Under the pieces are notes generated by a model. The model saw only the letters and a list, made by a program, of their open reading frames with translations, made no database searches and was not told where the DNA came from. From Fimbriosthenelais zetlandica (lineage: Eukaryota): a stretch of 64,000 bases of DNA. The stretch spans positions 3,658,001-3,722,000 of the forward strand of contig OZ365118.1 in assembly GCA_977030845.1 (NCBI GenBank), written 5' to 3'. This document shows, one piece after another, positions 24,111 through 38,590 of this stretch; position 1 is the stretch's first letter; each line of letters opens with the position of its first letter. The position numbers and the translations under genes were made by a program.

Positions 24111-27100
24111 GGCCCACCATTAGTTTTTGCTCCCTGGTCATTAGGAATGCACTCGGCGGAAGCCGGGTTTCCTCAGCTGAGAGCTCTAGACTGAGTGTAG
24201 GAAGCCAGCCATGGAGCCATACCTTTACAGCACTCAATCCCATCTACTAACCAACCTGCGTCATCTATTACCCAGAAAATCCCCAGAAATGTACACGCAA
24301 TGAAGAATAATTCATGACAAACACATAGCAGATTTTAATCAAAATCACTAAAAGAACGAAGTTGAATTTAGAAAATGATTTTGAATATGTACTAGCTTTG
24401 GAAATAACATATTAATCTCCGCAGTTTTAAAACTAATAGCTTTGTGCAGTGTAAAATCTGTGGGCGAAGTTTGGCTAACTTTTTCTTTCAAAAAATGTTC
24501 TAAGAAGAAATGGATAGCAGGGTGCATCAAATTTCAGCAGTGAAGAAAGCAGTGGTCATCGAGGACAATTGGTTATTGTAAGGCCAATGTTACTTTAAGA
24601 AAGTTCATATTCAGCTTGTGCCTCCTTGCCTTACTCAATCAAGGATTCATCATATCGCCTTACTGTTTTCCTAATAGGCATGGCAAATGTTAAAGGTCCC
24701 ATAGGGTAATCTCCGCAGACGATGACAAGTGTTTTTGTGCTAGTAGTAATGGGGCCTTATCTGGTATTATATTCACTGACCTTATACACATTACTGAGTA
24801 TGTAGTAAACAACTAAAAGGTTATTCACAAACACGAAAATGAACTTAATAAACTGCTTCATTTGATATCTCAAATGAAGCTGGCTATTGGAAATAAATGT
24901 ATTGCAGAGGTCATGAAATGTAACTAAAATTCTCCAAAAGCAGCAAGTTTCCTGATAGAACTTCCGTCAAGTCATTCATAAAAGTACAAAATGGTGATAT
25001 TTCAAAGACAGTATCAAACTGCAGACATATCAACAAGCGACATTTCAATCAAGTCAATATTTGTATATGTCCTGCAAACATTTAGAAATCACCGGTCCAA
25101 TCCTTCAATTGTAAAAAGGAGGAGAGAGCCAACATAAATATGAAGAAAGTTTTATCAGTTGTCAGTGGGGATGAGGGATGGGGGTGGGGTGGAGCTCTCT
25201 GCTTCCATCTAGATCCCCGTTCACATTGCCTGGACACGTCCACGTGGTATTCTATACCTAGTTACCAACTGATCCGCCACCAATGTGACAATAGAGATAG
25301 TTGTGTATACATGAACTAGTGGCATATGAGAGTTCAAAAGAAGCGTCTGAACCCGCCAGATAAGGTATACTTATTTCACTAAGTCTGCAATGAGAAGGCC
25401 TACTAGGTGTACCTATGAATCCACTTAATATTCTGTGTCCAGGATTGGGAATTTCATGAGCTCAGGAACTCGAGGCCAGGTTTTTACACCTATTCACAAA
25501 AGATTCATCTAAGTCCATACGTGTACATTGAATTGAGTGAAGTAAATGTATTTAAGATGCTGAATTTACGGTCCATCATTGTCAAGGTACCTGAGGACTG
25601 GAAAATGAGGAATGATCTATTATTCAGGAGCAAGGGAATCTTTTGTCGCAAATGTAAGCAAATGCTAATTCTGGATTATCTCCAAAGGAAACACTAATCT
25701 GTGAGAGTAAATTTCATAATGCAGATCTGGGTTGCAAGTTCTGATCTTCCCAGGCAGAAAAAGCAAGGTTAAAGCCCCAGCAATGCTTGTATTTCGATTG
25801 GTTATTTGCGCCTTTAAAGCTTCAGTAGTGTTCCAGGCTAAGTTTTTACACCAAGGAACACTTGGAAGGTCTCCCCCGTGACATCCCGCCAATCATCAAG
25901 CTAAAGTCAGCCTTCCATATCACGGCAAAATCAAGCAACTTCTTACACTGCATTCCCACTGAAATATTGATAATAATCGCAGCGCATGCATCTATATTTT
26001 TAACTTGAATTTTTCAAATCCAAGTGAAAACCATGCAGCTCTGAGTCAGTTACAAAACTGTTATGTGTGTGCTTCCCTCGATGTTATTCACCAGTTGTTA
26101 AATATTTCTCAATATCTTTTATATTGCCCAGACTAGTGGGAGGTTTTCTAAGATTCTTTGAGAAGTTTAGAGTACATTGCCCTTTAAAAGTGTTCTGGGC
26201 TGAAATGAAAACTGAGGCTGCCAAAGAGTCATTCCATTAATAGTTCAGTGCACGCCATGTTTAAAATCTCAAATTGATATGGCGACTTGTTTAGAGAAAA
26301 CTTTCATGGAAAATGCTCAATCTGACCAACTTAAAAACGCTGCAGGGGACAGCAAAGCTGGATTAAACTTAATCTTAGTATTTTAGAAATAGTATAGGGG
26401 ATTTCACGGTCATTATTCAGGACTGTGGTCTTGGATAGGTTAGGTTGATATCATAACACAATCTCGGATACGTTTCAAACCCAACCAATATAATTAAGTT
26501 TATAAGAGACTGTTAACAAGATGAATATTTAAATGAGCAGTATGTATAATTATAGTGACCATCTTTTGTCAGGGGTCGGTTCATTACTGGCCTATGTATT
26601 CATCAGGACGGGTATGAACCAGCCTAGTTACATAACACACAAATAGACCATACAGGGACATACAGACCCATATATCATGCCCCACCTCCCTATATGTGGC
26701 TTCTCAAATCTTTAATTATCTCCTGACTTAGATTAAAGGGAACCGCGCAGAAATCAATACACCTTGTAAATCCTCAAGCTCAATATAGATTCAGCAAATT
26801 CAACTTGCGACAAGTCTATGAATATTAATTAAAACTTTGATTTATTCCCCCGAGTAATTTCATCCAGCAGTTACGGTTTGGTTATTAGGCACATATGTAA
26901 AACTGACTTGACTATATGGCAGAGGACATGGGAGGAAATCTATAAATGCTAATTTACCATTGAGGCTTGGTTTTAATCAATGAGCCCTTTAGGACTTGTA
27001 GATGTAAAATATCAATAGAGACTGGCAGGGCTATGTTTTTGTTATAGACCACTATTGTTCTACTTGTTAAGTTTTGTCTGAATGCATCTTTCAGTATAAT

Positions 27101-30100
27101 AGAGCAGAGTTATTCTGTCAACAGAATATCGTGCTTCGCATAAAAATGAGTTCCTTTCATTACGCTCTTTCTCACCATGGGCTGTTTGCTGCAGAATCGA
27201 TTTGAATATCTCCCCACCCATCGCTCGGGGCAGCGCAAGCATTCTGCTAACTTAGGCAACACAATGTAATTTTATATAGAAACCAACAATAATGAGGAAA
27301 TTGCACTGTGGCAGATTCCCCTGATGCTCTGCGTAAAGCTCAAAAGGAATAATTTCAATGGTAAATATTTGTGGGAAGCGCGGCCACTCATCTTCAAGCC
27401 AGCCCGTCACAGGCGTTTTTGGTAGGAGCTTCTAGCGTTCAGGGAAAAATTGTCAGTTGCGGAAGAAAACCTGATTATCTGGTGCATATGGAATATGAAT
27501 ATCTCCGCCTTAAACGGGACAGTCTCAGAGATTAATTGAGGAGCAAAGAAGACAATTGCATGGTATCCAACTACAAAGCGAACCTGGAGATTCGCTCCGG
27601 GTATATTACATTTGAGAACAAATCTCATTCTGACTGAACTTTTTTAGCTGCTGGTTCTAGAAGCGCTGCATTAAATATGATATTGCCTGGTGTAATCCTG
27701 ACAGACAGTGGCAGGTTGTGTTCCCCCCAGCAGGTTAATTCCTCACCAACTTAACAAACAAAATAGCAAAAACCTGGAGGAGCATCTATCCGCATTATCT
27801 CATGCATACAGGCGAATAGTGCGAGAATTCAATCAATTTTTAACCATTGATTTCCTCCTGTAAAACCTTGTCTTTTCAAGAGTCATGCTTCTGGATTAAA
27901 TGGACTGGTGTTGGTGGAGCAGGCAGTATACTGCAGCCATACCAACAGTTCAACCATTCTCCAATACTTTGATTCTATCATAGAATGCCTTTAAACAATT
28001 CCGCGGCTGATAGCGATCCAGCAATTTGCGTTTAATCCCCCAAAGTCCAATACTACTGTAGGCCATGTATGAGGGTTTCCCATAAAAATCCAGTTTTTCA
28101 GCCCACAAAATCCCATCACTGGGAAGTCCGATCAAAATTGCTGATAAAAACTTCCATGCTTTATAGTGAAATTGCCGAAGAATTTCTATTTGATGCGAGA
28201 TAGGGAGAGAAAGGGCTTTCTATTCATAAGTACATTACTCGATGTCCCTGTGTAGATTTTGAAGAGGAATGCAATGAAGAGATAATACTCCCAGCTTTTA
28301 CCGACAATATCTACCTGCTAAATATGATCAGCCACACTTTCACCATCACTCTCCCTCAAACTCCTTTTCAAATAAATCTCAAGTCGGGAGAAGATTCCAG
28401 TGGAATTGCTTTCTGCACATATTTGTGCCTTGTGTTATTATTTCCAGACACCATTGCCAATTGCTTCCTTCATAATGGCCATTGACAGCAATGATTAGGA
28501 AATGGATAAGGCGCGCCAATGTCTGAAGACACTATAGAGTCTATTTAGCATTGAAGACCATTAGTCGTAGTATAGATATTAGTCATCCATATAGATGGTA
28601 TACGCTCATTTATTCTACAATAAAGGGAGGTAATTCAATGGCTTTAAGCAATCTCCGCTATGGTAAAACCAGGCTACGTTGAGACTATTGGTATTACACC
28701 ATGAATTCATCAGTCAGAAAGCGTCACTGTGCGCGCCACATTCATGCTGCCGTCGACATGATCTCTCAACTTTACCCGCTAAATCTCACTCTAATCTGGC
28801 CGCCGTTTGTTTAGCATAGATCATTTTGGAGGGTATTAGCGGAACTCCCTTGCCAGGGATTGCATATTAGTTTTACTGAATTACCGCCGCTACATCATAG
28901 AGCTAATTGCGACAGCACTGCGTCTGCTGGGGAGCGGGGATGAGACAGCCATTTATTGTGAAAATCTACCTCAGTATTCTGTGTATGTTCATGGAAAGGG
29001 GAGTTAGACAACATGTAGGAGAATAAGCTCCCAACACACACAGCCCAAGATTACATAAATAGTCTTTAGAGAGAAGAGAATAATGTTCCTTGTAATATGG
29101 CTTTAATAATTATCATCAAGTACTAGAAGGGAGTGGGTACAAATCTGAAGGCAGATCTTGCTAGATTTAAATTGTAGTTTTAGTCATGAAACTGGCTTGA
29201 AAACGGGCCCTAAAATGTATGAATCTAACTGTCTGTATGGGAACCAATGAAAAGAACTTATTTCTAGACAAGACAGTTCTGTCATTACAAGTACGGATAT
29301 CAGTTTTGCCATCATTTTAGGACGCCAGACCCCTATCTCTCTTGTGAAATATAAAATGTTCAGGAGACAATTTCTTTGTTCAACATCCAACTGACTCAAG
29401 GCCCCTCTTCCCAGACCCCCCCCCCCCCACCTCCGCCCCCCTCCCCCCTCCTCTTCCTCTGTTGTCATCGTGTGTTTGCGAGTGCCGCGAGGCGTTTTGA
29501 GTGAGGAAATCCGACGCACACATCTGCGCCATATAAGAGGCAGGAGAAGCTAAACCCCAGACATGCAGTCAAGAATATTACCACAACTCCCAATGTTGCA
29601 ACATAGACCATTTTTAACCGATAAAGTACCCATCCAGATGAGAATATTTCCCTCATGAGTTTCAATTTTTTTTAATTATGTTTGCGGACGTGATTGAACA
29701 TAATTTAAGATCAATTTTAATGCATGTAAAATATTAAACCAAGCCAGAGTGAGTGGGAGGGATCAGTGATCGGAGTCATCAAATGAAATAATCAATGGTA
29801 GAAGTGATGTCCATTTCACCATCCCATCCCGGCTGACTTAAATCACAATCCCTCAAGCAGAGTCCGACTCAATACAGACTCTGCTCGCATGGTTTCCACT
29901 GGAAGCCAATTTAATTGGTGTCACTGAATAAAGACTACAAAACACCATTAAAAATCAATGCAAAATGTCAACATTGCCACCTTAACAAGTGAGGAAGCAA
30001 ACACAAAGAGCAAAGTGTCCCTCCTTCACCCTCCACACACTCATGCTATTTCATCCATTTCCATCTGAAGCAAATGTATGCAAAATTCATCAGAGCGGGC

Positions 30101-31062
30101 AAACAGAGCGACCGCGGGTCAGCTTCCGCTGCAGGGATGAACCCATATGATTTTGTTTATGAAGTCTGACTGGCGGTCGGGTAAAGACTTTCCAAACACC
30201 AGCCAACAACTTCACCGCTGGCTTGATGGAATGAAGAGGAGCGATTGGCTGAGAATTGACTCAAATTTACATGGCGACTTGCTTGTCAGAGCCTAGTCCC
30301 CCTGGATCCCGCCGACCACCCTACATCCAATCCTACTTCTGCTTTACGACACCAGGGGGAATCTACCATCACCAACTTCCTCTTCCTCTCTCGTTGTCAT
30401 GGTTACTAACTCCGGAAGTCAAGTTTGCCAAGTATACACATGAAGGAAATTATGCCAAGGACAAACTTTTGATTTCCATCCCCTGATAGGAGAGGCTGAG
30501 TTTTAAACTGAATTGTGATATGGAAATAGGATATTTGAGGTTTATAGAAGTGGCTTAGAGTTTTGTCCATGCCAGCATTAATTCAGAAACACTACCCCAG
30601 GCAACTTTTAATCTGACTCCCCAAATATGCAGAGAGCAAAATGTTGCTGGTTTCAGTTGCAGGTAATATTTTGGTCCATTACAAGGAAATTGTGTAAGAT
30701 TTCGTCTTTAAAACTGGCGAGGTGACAAAAGGCAAGTGAAATGTCACGTGCATCTTTCAATCTGTAATTATCACTCGCCCTTTAACACTTTAAAGACAAC
30801 TCATTTTTTCTTCAAAATTCCATCTTTCAAACTTTCATCAACCGGTTAATCAGGTATTTGATCAATATTTTGGTAATGATGAAAACAAATTACTAAATAC
30901 CATTAATAAAGACAATAGAAGCAACTCATTGTCAGTGCTGATCGCCAATGTTTTACATCCAGGGATCAATTGCCAGGTGGAAACACACTATTGGCTCAAT
31001 TGCCTGCTCTCGTTGATTAGCAGCAATGATTCCTTTACATGTCCCACACCACCAACAGCTGG

Positions 31063-31131
31063 GGACATGGCTGGCCTTTGATAACCCAGTTAGCAGCACT
31101 GGGACATGTCTGGCCTTTAATAATAACCCAG
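31063..31131 (-). mobile_element. Truncated body of the tRNA-Ala SINE-like family, locally duplicated
   Basis: GACATGGCTGGCCTTTGATAACCCAGTTAGCAGCACTGGG matches 63440-63479 with one mismatch. A second partial copy follows immediately. Confidence 0.65.
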
Positions 31132-32489
31132 AAGTAGGGATACTTTTGAGAGAGAGAGAATGAGAATACGCGGCCATAAATCATATTTTATAATGGAGCA
31201 GCTCAGGAGCCCTTAAGGCTAGGGATAAAGGGGTGGATGGATTAAGAGTTTTTGTGGAATAATCTGGAGCTGACCATTAAAGGTGCACGCGGTAAGCCGG
31301 TGATCTAAGGGAGGGATATACGGGATGAACCACACCCTGCTGTAAAGGCACGTGCATTGACTTCCCACATTATAATGGATTAGTGCTACATTAGTAATCA
31401 ATTAATCTTCACAAAGGCCGGCATGACAGGCCTACACAGACCATGTACAATCTATCCTCCCCTTCTATACCTCACTATACATTTCTACAGTGAAATCTGA
31501 TATATCCAGCAATAGATTTAAGCTATATAAGAACTGAAGGTGGGATTTAATGGGACTTATAAGTGTAGCTTTTCAACCCAAAACTGAAAAGTCTAGCTTT
31601 GCACAGAGGGATCAGGGCTAAGCGTCTTGTTGTATTCATATGCTAGCATATGTCTGGGAGGGTGTCGAGCTGTTTAGACTGGTCAAGTCGCCCAGTACAC
31701 CAGTCATATTGAATGTCCAGTCTGACCATCACTCATGTGGCCCTTGACACCCAAAGGCCAATGGGATTTCCTCTGGTCAAGCTTAAAAACATAGCGGTCA
31801 AGGTCTAACTCTTGCTTAAATCAGGCGAACACTTAGTCTTCCCGGGCTAGATTATGTGTAAGATGAAAGGCGGCCGCGGGGGAAATCTCACTTTTTCACA
31901 GTAAGATATATGTTCATTTAGAGAGGCTGGAGCACATGGAATAAGGCGGACAATAAAGGGGATTGTCCCATTTCAAATGCGCTCCCCATACACATACTCG
32001 TTTTTCAGGGACTAGATAAATCTTCTGACAGATGTATGTGGCTGGGATAATGAAAAAGGGCCTCCATATAATGCTACTGTTTGAAAAATGATGAATGATG
32101 GCTTCCCTCAATCCTATCTCTTAAGGGTTTCACTCAAAACTTAATTCACCAACAAAATGCATTAAAATGTATACCATCAATGGAATATGTAGGAGATTAG
32201 AACCATGTGTGAGTTGGATCCTAGGATGCCCAGCAGATTGCCATGTTAAGTTTAATTCTATTTACATCTGTGCTGAGATGAATCCAGCGGATGGGAATCA
32301 CATAATGGTCATCCTGTGGCTGTGTCACAATGAAGGAGCAATAGATCTAGTGGTCTCTGGACTTTTTATTAGTGCTGGACGAGTGGGCCTGGTCTCAGAG
32401 GTCCACTACACAGAGATCACTGACCACTGGTTTATACCCCTCATGGCCTCAGTATTCACCACCATAGATCACGTTAAATCAATATCACC

Positions 32490-32586
32490 TATCACATACC
32501 CTCCCACATACACTGCTATACAGGCTGGTGTATACAGTATATCACATACCCTCCCACATACACTGCTATACAGGCTGGTGTATACA
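32490..32586. repeat. 50-bp tandem duplication
   Basis: ATCACATACCCTCCCACATACACTGCTATACAGGCTGGTGTATACA starts at 32491 and at 32541. Confidence 0.95.
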
Positions 32587-33499
32587 ACATGCTAGTACTA
32601 GTACTATACTTCCTTATACACTGACACATTCATATATGTACATTGTATAGCCTACAGTCATCGACTGCTACTTTGGATTTCCAGCTTTGCTATTGTCACA
32701 AAGACTATGAGACAACTGAAATATTGTCCTGCCATTAGTTCTCAGAATGGAGTCTCTCAAAAAAAACAGGGCTAAGTTTATGGTGTTATCATATAGGAGC
32801 ACGCCATTTATATTGTGAGCTCAATTTCATTTTGACAAGTTGGTAAAATAGAAAATCAATAGGAGTTCCAATAGTGGTGAGAAGATAGATGACATAGCCT
32901 CAGAAACAGGAGCATGGAGTGGTTCAGCCAATCAGTGTGAGAAGTCTCTACTTTATGCTTTGTACTTCTACCATGGCTATAAGTCAGGTGGTATGATGAT
33001 ATACCATTGCTGCTATGGGCCAGTTTCGAGCTGTGCCTGGGCCGACTTTACCAATAAATAGAATGTATGCAGAGCAGGTAAATCCATGATATTCATCGTG
33101 ATTATCATCGAGTGAGCCACGAGCGTCCACCAGTGAAGGTTTGCTGGCTCATGTAACACCTCGAGTCTCCCTCACTGACAGGCCGTTTTTATACGATCAC
33201 TGATATCAGACTCATTTACATAAACACCTTCACTCTGCTCTATGTAGGAGTGCGGGGAGGTTGACTGTCACCAAGCAATAGATACAGAGGGGAATGACCG
33301 ATTATTACAATACCTTCTTGAATTCTTTGTTAAGATAAAACTGGCATAATGATAACTGGATACTTTAACCTGGCATTATAGGAGTAGGAATAGCGATGTT
33401 TAATATATTTTTCCATCTCTCAGGAAATACGCTGTTGATACCCAATGCCCTGCTCTTCTCAAATGGCAGCAATGGTCCTTGTATACATGCCTCTCAATG

Positions 33500-33645
33500 A
33501 GAGACATGGCTGGACCGTGACATCCCTGGGTGGACTCCGAGAAGGACAATGGCAAATGTGAAGAATGCATGGGGAATTGAACCAGGGACCTCCGACATCA
33601 AATCCATTGCTTTGTATTGTGCGTCAAGATTGACACTGAGTAATA
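33500..33645 (-). mobile_element. tRNA-Ala-derived SINE-like element
   Basis: Minus strand reads ACTCAGTG (A-box-like) ... GAGGTCCCTGGTTCAATTCCCCATGCATTCTTCA, like the tRNA-Ala 3' half GAGGTCCCGGGTTCGATCCCCGGCATCTCCA. The body aligns with 63438-63540. Confidence 0.75.
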
Positions 33646-34929
33646 TTTAATCATTGGGTGACTGTGACAGTTACCATAGCAATAAGACAGCCGAGTAGTG
33701 TGGAGGTGGTCAGGGGAGGGACAGCTTGAGTATTGGAGTATAAAGCATTAGATTCTACATTCCTCATATATGATATAGGTCGATATGTATTCCATAATAT
33801 AGAGAATAGAGGTAGGAATACAGAATCTAGTGTACAACAGATGTGGGTACTAATCTAATTTCTTGACAGGAATTATTTCAATGACCATGCATTTGTTACC
33901 CTAAATGTGTAAGAAACCTACATTATTTGAGCCCATCTCTAGGATGATATATTCATATTTCCCCTGGAGGAATTGGAGATGTTGGACTGTGGATAATAAG
34001 CCTTAATCCTATAATACGGACCTCATAAGGTGGAACTGTTGAGTACTTAAGCTTCTTATGAAAGCATGACTTCCAAAGCACAAGGGATGGCTCGGACAAC
34101 AGGTAAAATGTCTTCAACGTCAACCCGAGGACAAAAGTATGCTTCACCAGAAAATACCTGATTCCATCACTAATTCAACACTAATTAATATTACTGAAAC
34201 ATAATACGAGTACTTAGTGTCTCCTTAGTAAAGGTAGAGTTACTTGGGGAATGTAATAAGTGAAGGACTACTTATTGAAGCTCAAAATCTGTACATTTGG
34301 CAGAAGGGAAAAACTCAAAAACATTCCAGCTTACATCCATTTTACTTATTCTTCCCGGGAGCTTAAGTCCTTAACTGCGCATTGCTCGCCAGCAAAGCTC
34401 GGATTTCTGCATTCCATTATTTTAAAGGATGGGTTCAGTATGTTCATTAGGTGTATAGGCGTTTTAAAGCCCATCTTAAAGCGATCTGTTATAAGGAGCA
34501 GATGTGCCACGCTGCCAATGGACTGAAGCTAATACGATCCCTTCCTATCTAAAGTCCCAGCGGCCGCTTGCTTATCGGGTATCTGCCTGGACATAAGTCA
34601 TTAATTGCCTATAAGGGATGGATTCATTAATTTCTCATTAGTCATCACCCCGGTAGCCATCTTGTTAAGGACATATTGAGAGGCTAAATGCTTGTCTTGT
34701 GATAAGGGTGTGTTGTCCATGTACAAGACGAGGCTGGGTATATGTACTGACGCATGTAGATGTATGTCTGGCTAAAAGTCCATACATCCCCGACCATTAA
34801 TCTCTATCTATCCGTTCATCCTTCATATGTTAACCCATGCTTTTACTCATCCATCTTAATAAATCTAAGCACCTATATATATATATCCCAGAACCCAATC
34901 CTGCCCTACATATAGTGGGACACCAATGA

Positions 34930-35250
34930 CAGAACATTGCCCATCTGCAAGTCGTGCACCCATATCGCAAGGGAGCAGTGATCCGTGAGGAATCTTACAA
35001 AGACAACAGAATAACTTGCCCCGTGGGAAAGAATATAATATACACAAATAAATGTCGGGGAGGTTATTCCTTGTGTACACTGGGACCTGCTCGAGCACCA
35101 TCAGGAATATGGGCACAAAAAAACCAGCACAGTTTTTCGCCTGGCTGCATTTAATTGCAAGATCCTGACAGTGTCTGATCGATTTATACTCATGGAGACA
35201 TAACGGAGGAAATCTGGAGGCATGGTGATACACTGCCTGCGACAGTTAAG
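34930..35250 (+). mobile_element. Decayed Penelope-like element, GIY-YIG endonuclease region
   Basis: CKSCTHI (34946-34966), YK..RITC (35008-35019), NIIYTNKC (35032-35055), frameshifted YTGT, LEHH, and later DTLP. The order matches the family pattern CxxC..ITC..NVIYxIxC..YVGxT..EH..LxTLxP. Confidence 0.65.
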
Positions 35251-35525
35251 GATAATCACCTTTGATTCCGCCTCTGTTCAGCCGGCTTGATTTATGAATG
35301 GGAAGGGAATGAACAGTGTCATCAATGTAGGCCTACTTTAGGACTGGAGTATAAGGGGCGTGGGTGGGGGTGTCAGGCTTTATTAGGCTTTGTCGGGGAT
35401 TAAGGAGAAGTGAGTTGGAGTTTGTCTATACATCGACTTCACTTTTTGAGGCCAGACTATGGGATAGTGGATTTGGTTAAAAAATGTATGTGTTGATCTG
35501 TCAGTGTTCCAATGGCGAGGAAGAG

Positions 35526-35627
35526 GGGAGTGGGAGGGGATGTTTAAAGAATCAATGAAGATGTGGGGAGGGGTGGGGGAGGGGATGTTTAAAGAATCAA
35601 TGAAGATGTGGGGAGGGATGGGGGAGG
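35526..35627. repeat. 45-bp tandem duplication
   Basis: GGGGATGTTTAAAGAATCAATGAAGATGTGGGGAGGG starts at 35536 and at 35581. Confidence 0.92.
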
Positions 35628-35856
35628 CATCAGATCTGTAATGAATGGATCTGATCTTTGGTAACATTAGTCTCTGATAGATCAAGTTATAGAGTTTCTA
35701 CTTTAATCTCATTAATTCTACGTTTCCACCCACATATTGAGGTAACCTTACAACTTAATCAAAAGATCCTCGTTCCCAACAATCATGAGAATGGCCTAAT
35801 ACCAAGGAGCAGCTCAGAGTAACTCCTCTTGGACAATGTAACCGGACTATAGCCTC

Positions 35857-35895
35857 TATACCCGGACCATGGCCTGTATACCCGGACCATGGCCT
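35857..35895. repeat. 20-bp tandem duplication
   Basis: TATACCCGGACCATGGCCT occurs twice, at 35857 and 35877. Confidence 0.9.
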
Positions 35896-37019
35896 CCATG
35901 CACTGAGCATGAGGCCAATTACAGACACTGAAGGAGGTCTGTCTTAGTCACTACTTTATGTGTGTATATATCAGGAAATGTTGGACATACAGCCATCCTT
36001 CCTGTTTACCCACCATGCTAGTCAGGACAGGACAGAGAGACAATATGGATCAATGTTAGTGGACCCATTACCTTCTGGCTTTTTCATTGTGATTTTTCCA
36101 TTACAAGCGCGGGCTGTTTCCAGACTGTAGGACCACTAACGACAACTCGCTGGACCTGCTTTACGACTCCTCCGTGCTCCATTCCACTCTAACGACCTCC
36201 TCCAGTTTTCTGTAGCCTCTAAGGGCCGCCCACCACTCCCACCATACACCCACCCACCCACTCTTGGTTATTCTCTCACTGATTTCTCAATGAAACTCGA
36301 CACTCAACTTTTTATTCAACAGAGAATTGATTTGTAATAAGTAAAAGTTTGTACAAGTGGGCGTAACTAATTACGATGTAAACTACTCTGTCATTTAATC
36401 GAGACCTTTACCATGAATAGGAAAAATATCCTTCAATCTGGTTCAGTTAATAGGAAAACTGGGAAGTATTTTTACAATTATAAGAGCATGATATGTCATA
36501 TTGATAGACACATTCTGACTCAATCATAAAAAATATCAACTGTAAAGGGGAAGAAAAAAACCATGGCTTCTCAGATACATGGAGTGGAGCAGAGGGTAAA
36601 GATCCTCTTTGGGAGATGATTATCTGTCTCTCAAGTAGAACATTTTTTGAGCCAGAAGGTTGGACCCTCCCCCTTCACAGATCTTGCCACCCCCCCCCCC
36701 TCTCCCCTCCCCCTGTTGGACATCTCTAGAGGTGAACAGCCTGGTGATGATTGTTAGAAGTAAAGGTATACGACTACTGAGGGACTTTGACTGTGTGATC
36801 ACCAGAATTAGGTAGCTAATTAGCAGGCTCAACTGAAAGTGATACTGGGTGGAGCTGATGAAGGGAGTGAGAGGTGAGCCTGGACCTTTCTTATCACCTC
36901 AGAGCAAGCAGTACTAGGACCTACTACACACAGACAGACAGTGTGACCTTTATACCTTCACAAGGGCAATGACCTGCCTAATGACTGATGCTCAAAGTGT
37001 ATCTCTTTACTGCAAATAT

Positions 37020-37330
37020 TTATCAATTCTGAATCAATATGGTCAAATAAGGCGGATGGATTTACTGGAAACTAATAGGGGGAGATTTAATATGTAAAAC
37101 AGACCTAAAATATATAAATAAGCCTAAATATCAAGAGAATCAGCCTCAGAATATTATCATGGAGTTTGGGATCTAATATATGAAGATGGGTTTTCTAAAT
37201 TATCCTGGAGAAAGCAGTTTCTCTAAGTATTTTGAATTCAATGTAGAATTCTAATCTACCCACATTTTCAGGGATCTAATTAATATATGAAGCAGTATGA
37301 AGGATCTCCCATTATTTCCCCACACATTCG
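37020..37330 (+). mobile_element. Decayed L1-clade endonuclease fragment
   Basis: ILNQYG (37026; cf. NxYAPN), LIGGD followed by TTAAT (37072-37090; cf. IGGDFN with a 1-nt loss), YPGESSFS (37201-37224; cf. HPxxRxYSF), CRIL (cf. SRID). Confidence 0.5.
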
Positions 37331-38590
37331 GACTTTCTATATGATTGCCATTCCATTTATAACATCAACTAATGGAGATTAAATCTACAAGGTACTGGTT
37401 GTATTTTCAATATACACACTGAAGCACGTATCAAACTTTTAAAATGAGATTCTACTGGGGCAGCCTTTCTTTCGGAAGGAATCCTCAGGGACTTAACTAA
37501 AAATTCCTGATGGCAAGCCTTTCTTAAGAAGCAAGGCAATGCTGCAAAGTCTCAAGAATCTCTAGTTAATGTGAAAGCCATTTGCTCGACCTTCTAAATT
37601 TATATATGAGAGAGAAGGATGCGCAGGATATTGGCAAAGAGCCTGGTGCAGCATTAATACTCTATAGAGCCTTTATGATTGTTCAATCATGCTGGTTGTA
37701 ATGTGATACGTCCATCGATACTAAGTTAGAGGACCACCCTGCTTCAGTCTATGTAGGATATTGACAGAGGAAGACTCTCATTGTTCACTATATAGACCAT
37801 ACTTGGCCATGGAGAGATGGCTGCATGACGCGCCTTTTGAATGGGACAGCAGCAGTATATCACCAAGTCAAATATTCTCAGCTCAAATGTTATTAACTAC
37901 ACTGGGTCTCATGTAATTAACCCGTGAAAGCTTCACTTTAATTATCAGCCTACAGTCCGGGTGAATTACACTTTTACCTCGGCCGAGCCAGGCTGGGTTG
38001 AAATATGTGGGATTTTTGTGGGTCGACTAGTAGAGAAATTAGCATGGATTGTATTTAAGCGTAGTTAACTATCTTGCCATGGGTAATGAATCGACATCCT
38101 TCACGGCAGATCAAATACATTAGTTCCTTACTGTAATTAAGGAATATTAACGTTCACTTTTTGTTCTGTTCCATCAAACCATAACTCCTTAAACAGCGAA
38201 TGTTTTCTTATGAATGAAGCTAATATGTGTGTGGAAATGTGGGCATAATTCATGTACCCAGAAACCCTAATCATTAATACAATTCATAAACAACCACATA
38301 TCTTCTTTGGGTTAGAGATAATTGTTTAGTTGTGAACGCCCTGGTTGCTCACCCTCACACATAGAAGACCGTCCATGTGCTGACTTTAATTTCTTCATTA
38401 TAAGTTGGTAGAAGTATATGGTATGAGATTAGTTTTTTTAAGGCCGGTTTTTTCACATGGTGAAGTGTGGAGCAGTCATGTAAGTGCCAGGATGTGGTGA
38501 ACCTACACGTTACCTTTCCCCTGCCCCGTCACCACGCCATGCACACGCCACCTGTACCTCCATGGAAACATGACAGCTCACCTTTAACTG

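Noticed and set aside
31280-31298. Partial resemblance to miR-124 (GCACGCGGT)
   Set aside because: A 9-nt core only, with indels on both sides and no hairpin.
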